A DNA stretch of 64,000 bases from NCBI GenBank assembly GCA_964276515.1, contig OZ193909.1:15314001-15378000 (forward strand), written 5' to 3'. How positions within the stretch are numbered: position 1 is the stretch's first letter; the number at the start of each line of letters is the position of its first letter. This DNA comes from Gordius albopunctatus. Taxonomy: Eukaryota. A program made the translations under genes and the position numbers. The notes under the pieces were generated by a model, which had not been told where the DNA came from, searched no databases, and was given only the letters and a program-made list of their open reading frames with translations. Positions 62,159-64,000 of this stretch are shown one piece after another.

Positions 62159-63953
62159 CGAGCGAGGAAGGTGACAGATATTTATGACAAAATAGAAGCC
62201 AATTTGGAGCATCTACCTAATCAATGATTAAGTCTTGTGTAGAGATTATTTGTTCTTTCTATCTAAAAATTTCATCCTTCTAAGATAATTTGAATTAGAT
62301 TTTTCTATGTGGTCGCATTAAGGTGATAGTACAGTACAGACGTCATCAAATTCAGAAGATTATTTCAAGCAACTTTTCTCCTATAAAATTGTGATATTTC
62401 TTTGTTAATATGACATAATTAAATGCGAGCTATTATAATATAAAATATCTACCTTCGAAAAATCATAAATGTTTTGCGGACTGCAATCTGATTGCTAAAA
62501 TCAGATGGTCTCATATGGAATGCGCAATAATAGGTTTCAGGAGATAACTAATTATTTAAATTTATGCGACAATTTGAAGTTAAACTTGACTGACAAGTTT
62601 GTTTAAATGCGGGAGATTTTCAATCTTTTTAATAAACATTATAAGAAAAATTTCAAATATGTAAAAGCATTAATATTTCAAGGGTCGAAACCATGTCCCA
62701 TATTATGAACACCATGCTACCAAACATTTTAGAAAAGGAAAGCCAATGTGCTTTGAATATAATAATTATGGTCTTCTTGTATAATATAGGCAAATATTTA
62801 TAGTTATTAACTCGTAGAAATTGCTTTTATTAAATCTGCTATTTGCCCGAGTTTACTGCTTGGGCAATCTGCTCAATGCCTGAACAGATTTTGCTGCTAC
62901 GACTCGCCTCTCGAACATTTTTATATGCTACTGTTCTGCCTATTGCACCGAACAGCGAGCACTCATTGTGCTAACGAACATATTAAACAGCTCAGTGTGC
63001 GTGCTCGAGCAAAGCACATAGTAAGCATTGTTCACACGAGCAATTTAAAAACTCATCACATCGTCAACACGGCTGCCAGACTTGAATAGCCGAGCGTCAC
63101 CCCTCATCCAAATATCTAAAGAAGCTGACCACCTTGTGTGACAAAAAGCTATTGGAAAATTAACTGTAACCTAACTATTGTAGTTATTGTGGAAAAGTGA
63201 CTTTGACAGTTCTACATAAGTCTTGCTATTAACAAGGAACAATTTAAGATAGACTATTAAAAGATTTAATTGCATAATGTGTGAGTGAGCTAAGTGGTGA
63301 CATAAATATGTCATTTAAATGAAAAAATTAATTAAGATGAAAGTTTTTTGCTATTTATATGGTCTTCGACTTGCGATTATGTTTTTTATAAGCTTTCATC
63401 CAGTTTCTTCAGCTTCATCAAATTATTTGTTAAAATTTTGACAAATTAAATAATAAAATAATTATAAGATATCGACATGGATTTGATCATATTTATCAGT
63501 GATTTTCAACAGAATATGCAAGAGGTCATAAGGATAAAATTATCCTAGCCTGATTTTAGGTGGATTTTTCTCAAGCCCATTAAAATACAATATGGCCTAA
63601 GTGCGAGCCACCTAGGAATATGTCCCATAATTTAAAATATTTAATAATAAATATTTTTTAAAGGTTATATTTACCTATTTCTAAAAGAAATAAATAGTAG
63701 ATAATCTTTTATGATTAGTCATGCGTTCATTCTCACTTAATAGTTTAGGGCTATTCCTCCTGCCGCAACCATTATTTTAGGATGGGCAGCGTTGGTCATG
63801 CACAATATTGGATGATCAAAAGAGGGCATTATTAACGAAGATTAATAACACGCGATGAAGCTACTTGTAAGTTCATAGATTTAAACTTTAATAAATTTTA
63901 ACATGTGAAATGACAACTTAGAGCAAATTTAATCCGGTTAAATATAGACTCAG

Positions 63954-64000
63954 TTCTTCTTCTTCTTTATCGTGTTGAAAATCCCACAGACGTGGGGTAC
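63954..64000 (-). mobile_element. 3' tail of another RTE-like element (window-truncated)
   Basis: TTCTTCTTCTTCTTTATC...CCCAC...GTGGGG resembles the tail at 61398-61445. Confidence 0.5.

Noticed and set aside
62820..63110. GAGCA/TGCTC-rich block resembling a MITE end
   Set aside because: No matching TIR pair or TSD could be defined.

Overview
AT-rich metazoan (invertebrate-type) nuclear DNA with a heavy transposon load. It is not prokaryotic. Five spliced host genes can be rebuilt by hand from GT-AG introns: a 4-exon claudin-superfamily (stargazin/CACNG-like) gene (13530-22177, -), a 2-exon 102-aa gene for a probably secreted 8-cysteine peptide that the ORF track misses (33030-33408, -), DDOST/OST48 (41439-43522, +), ARL8 (47286-48331, -) and a Sox HMG-box gene resembling SoxH/Sox30 (53103-56006, -). 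Many introns are only 34-46 nt. The rest is mobile DNA: four copies of one RTE-clade LINE, other LINE relics, a defective hAT transposon, hAT, pogo, Tc1-type and Harbinger MITEs, a Sola2-like element, Helitrons, a Helentron/DINE-type element with an expanded satellite, a deleted Gypsy element and long tetranucleotide microsatellites. The main finding is that both full-length RTE copies begin exactly at the predicted cleavage site of a twister self-cleaving ribozyme. Its pseudoknot and P4 pairs show compensatory changes, and the flanking target DNA must supply its P1 5' strand. All calls come from reading the sequence by eye; no searches or folding programs were run.
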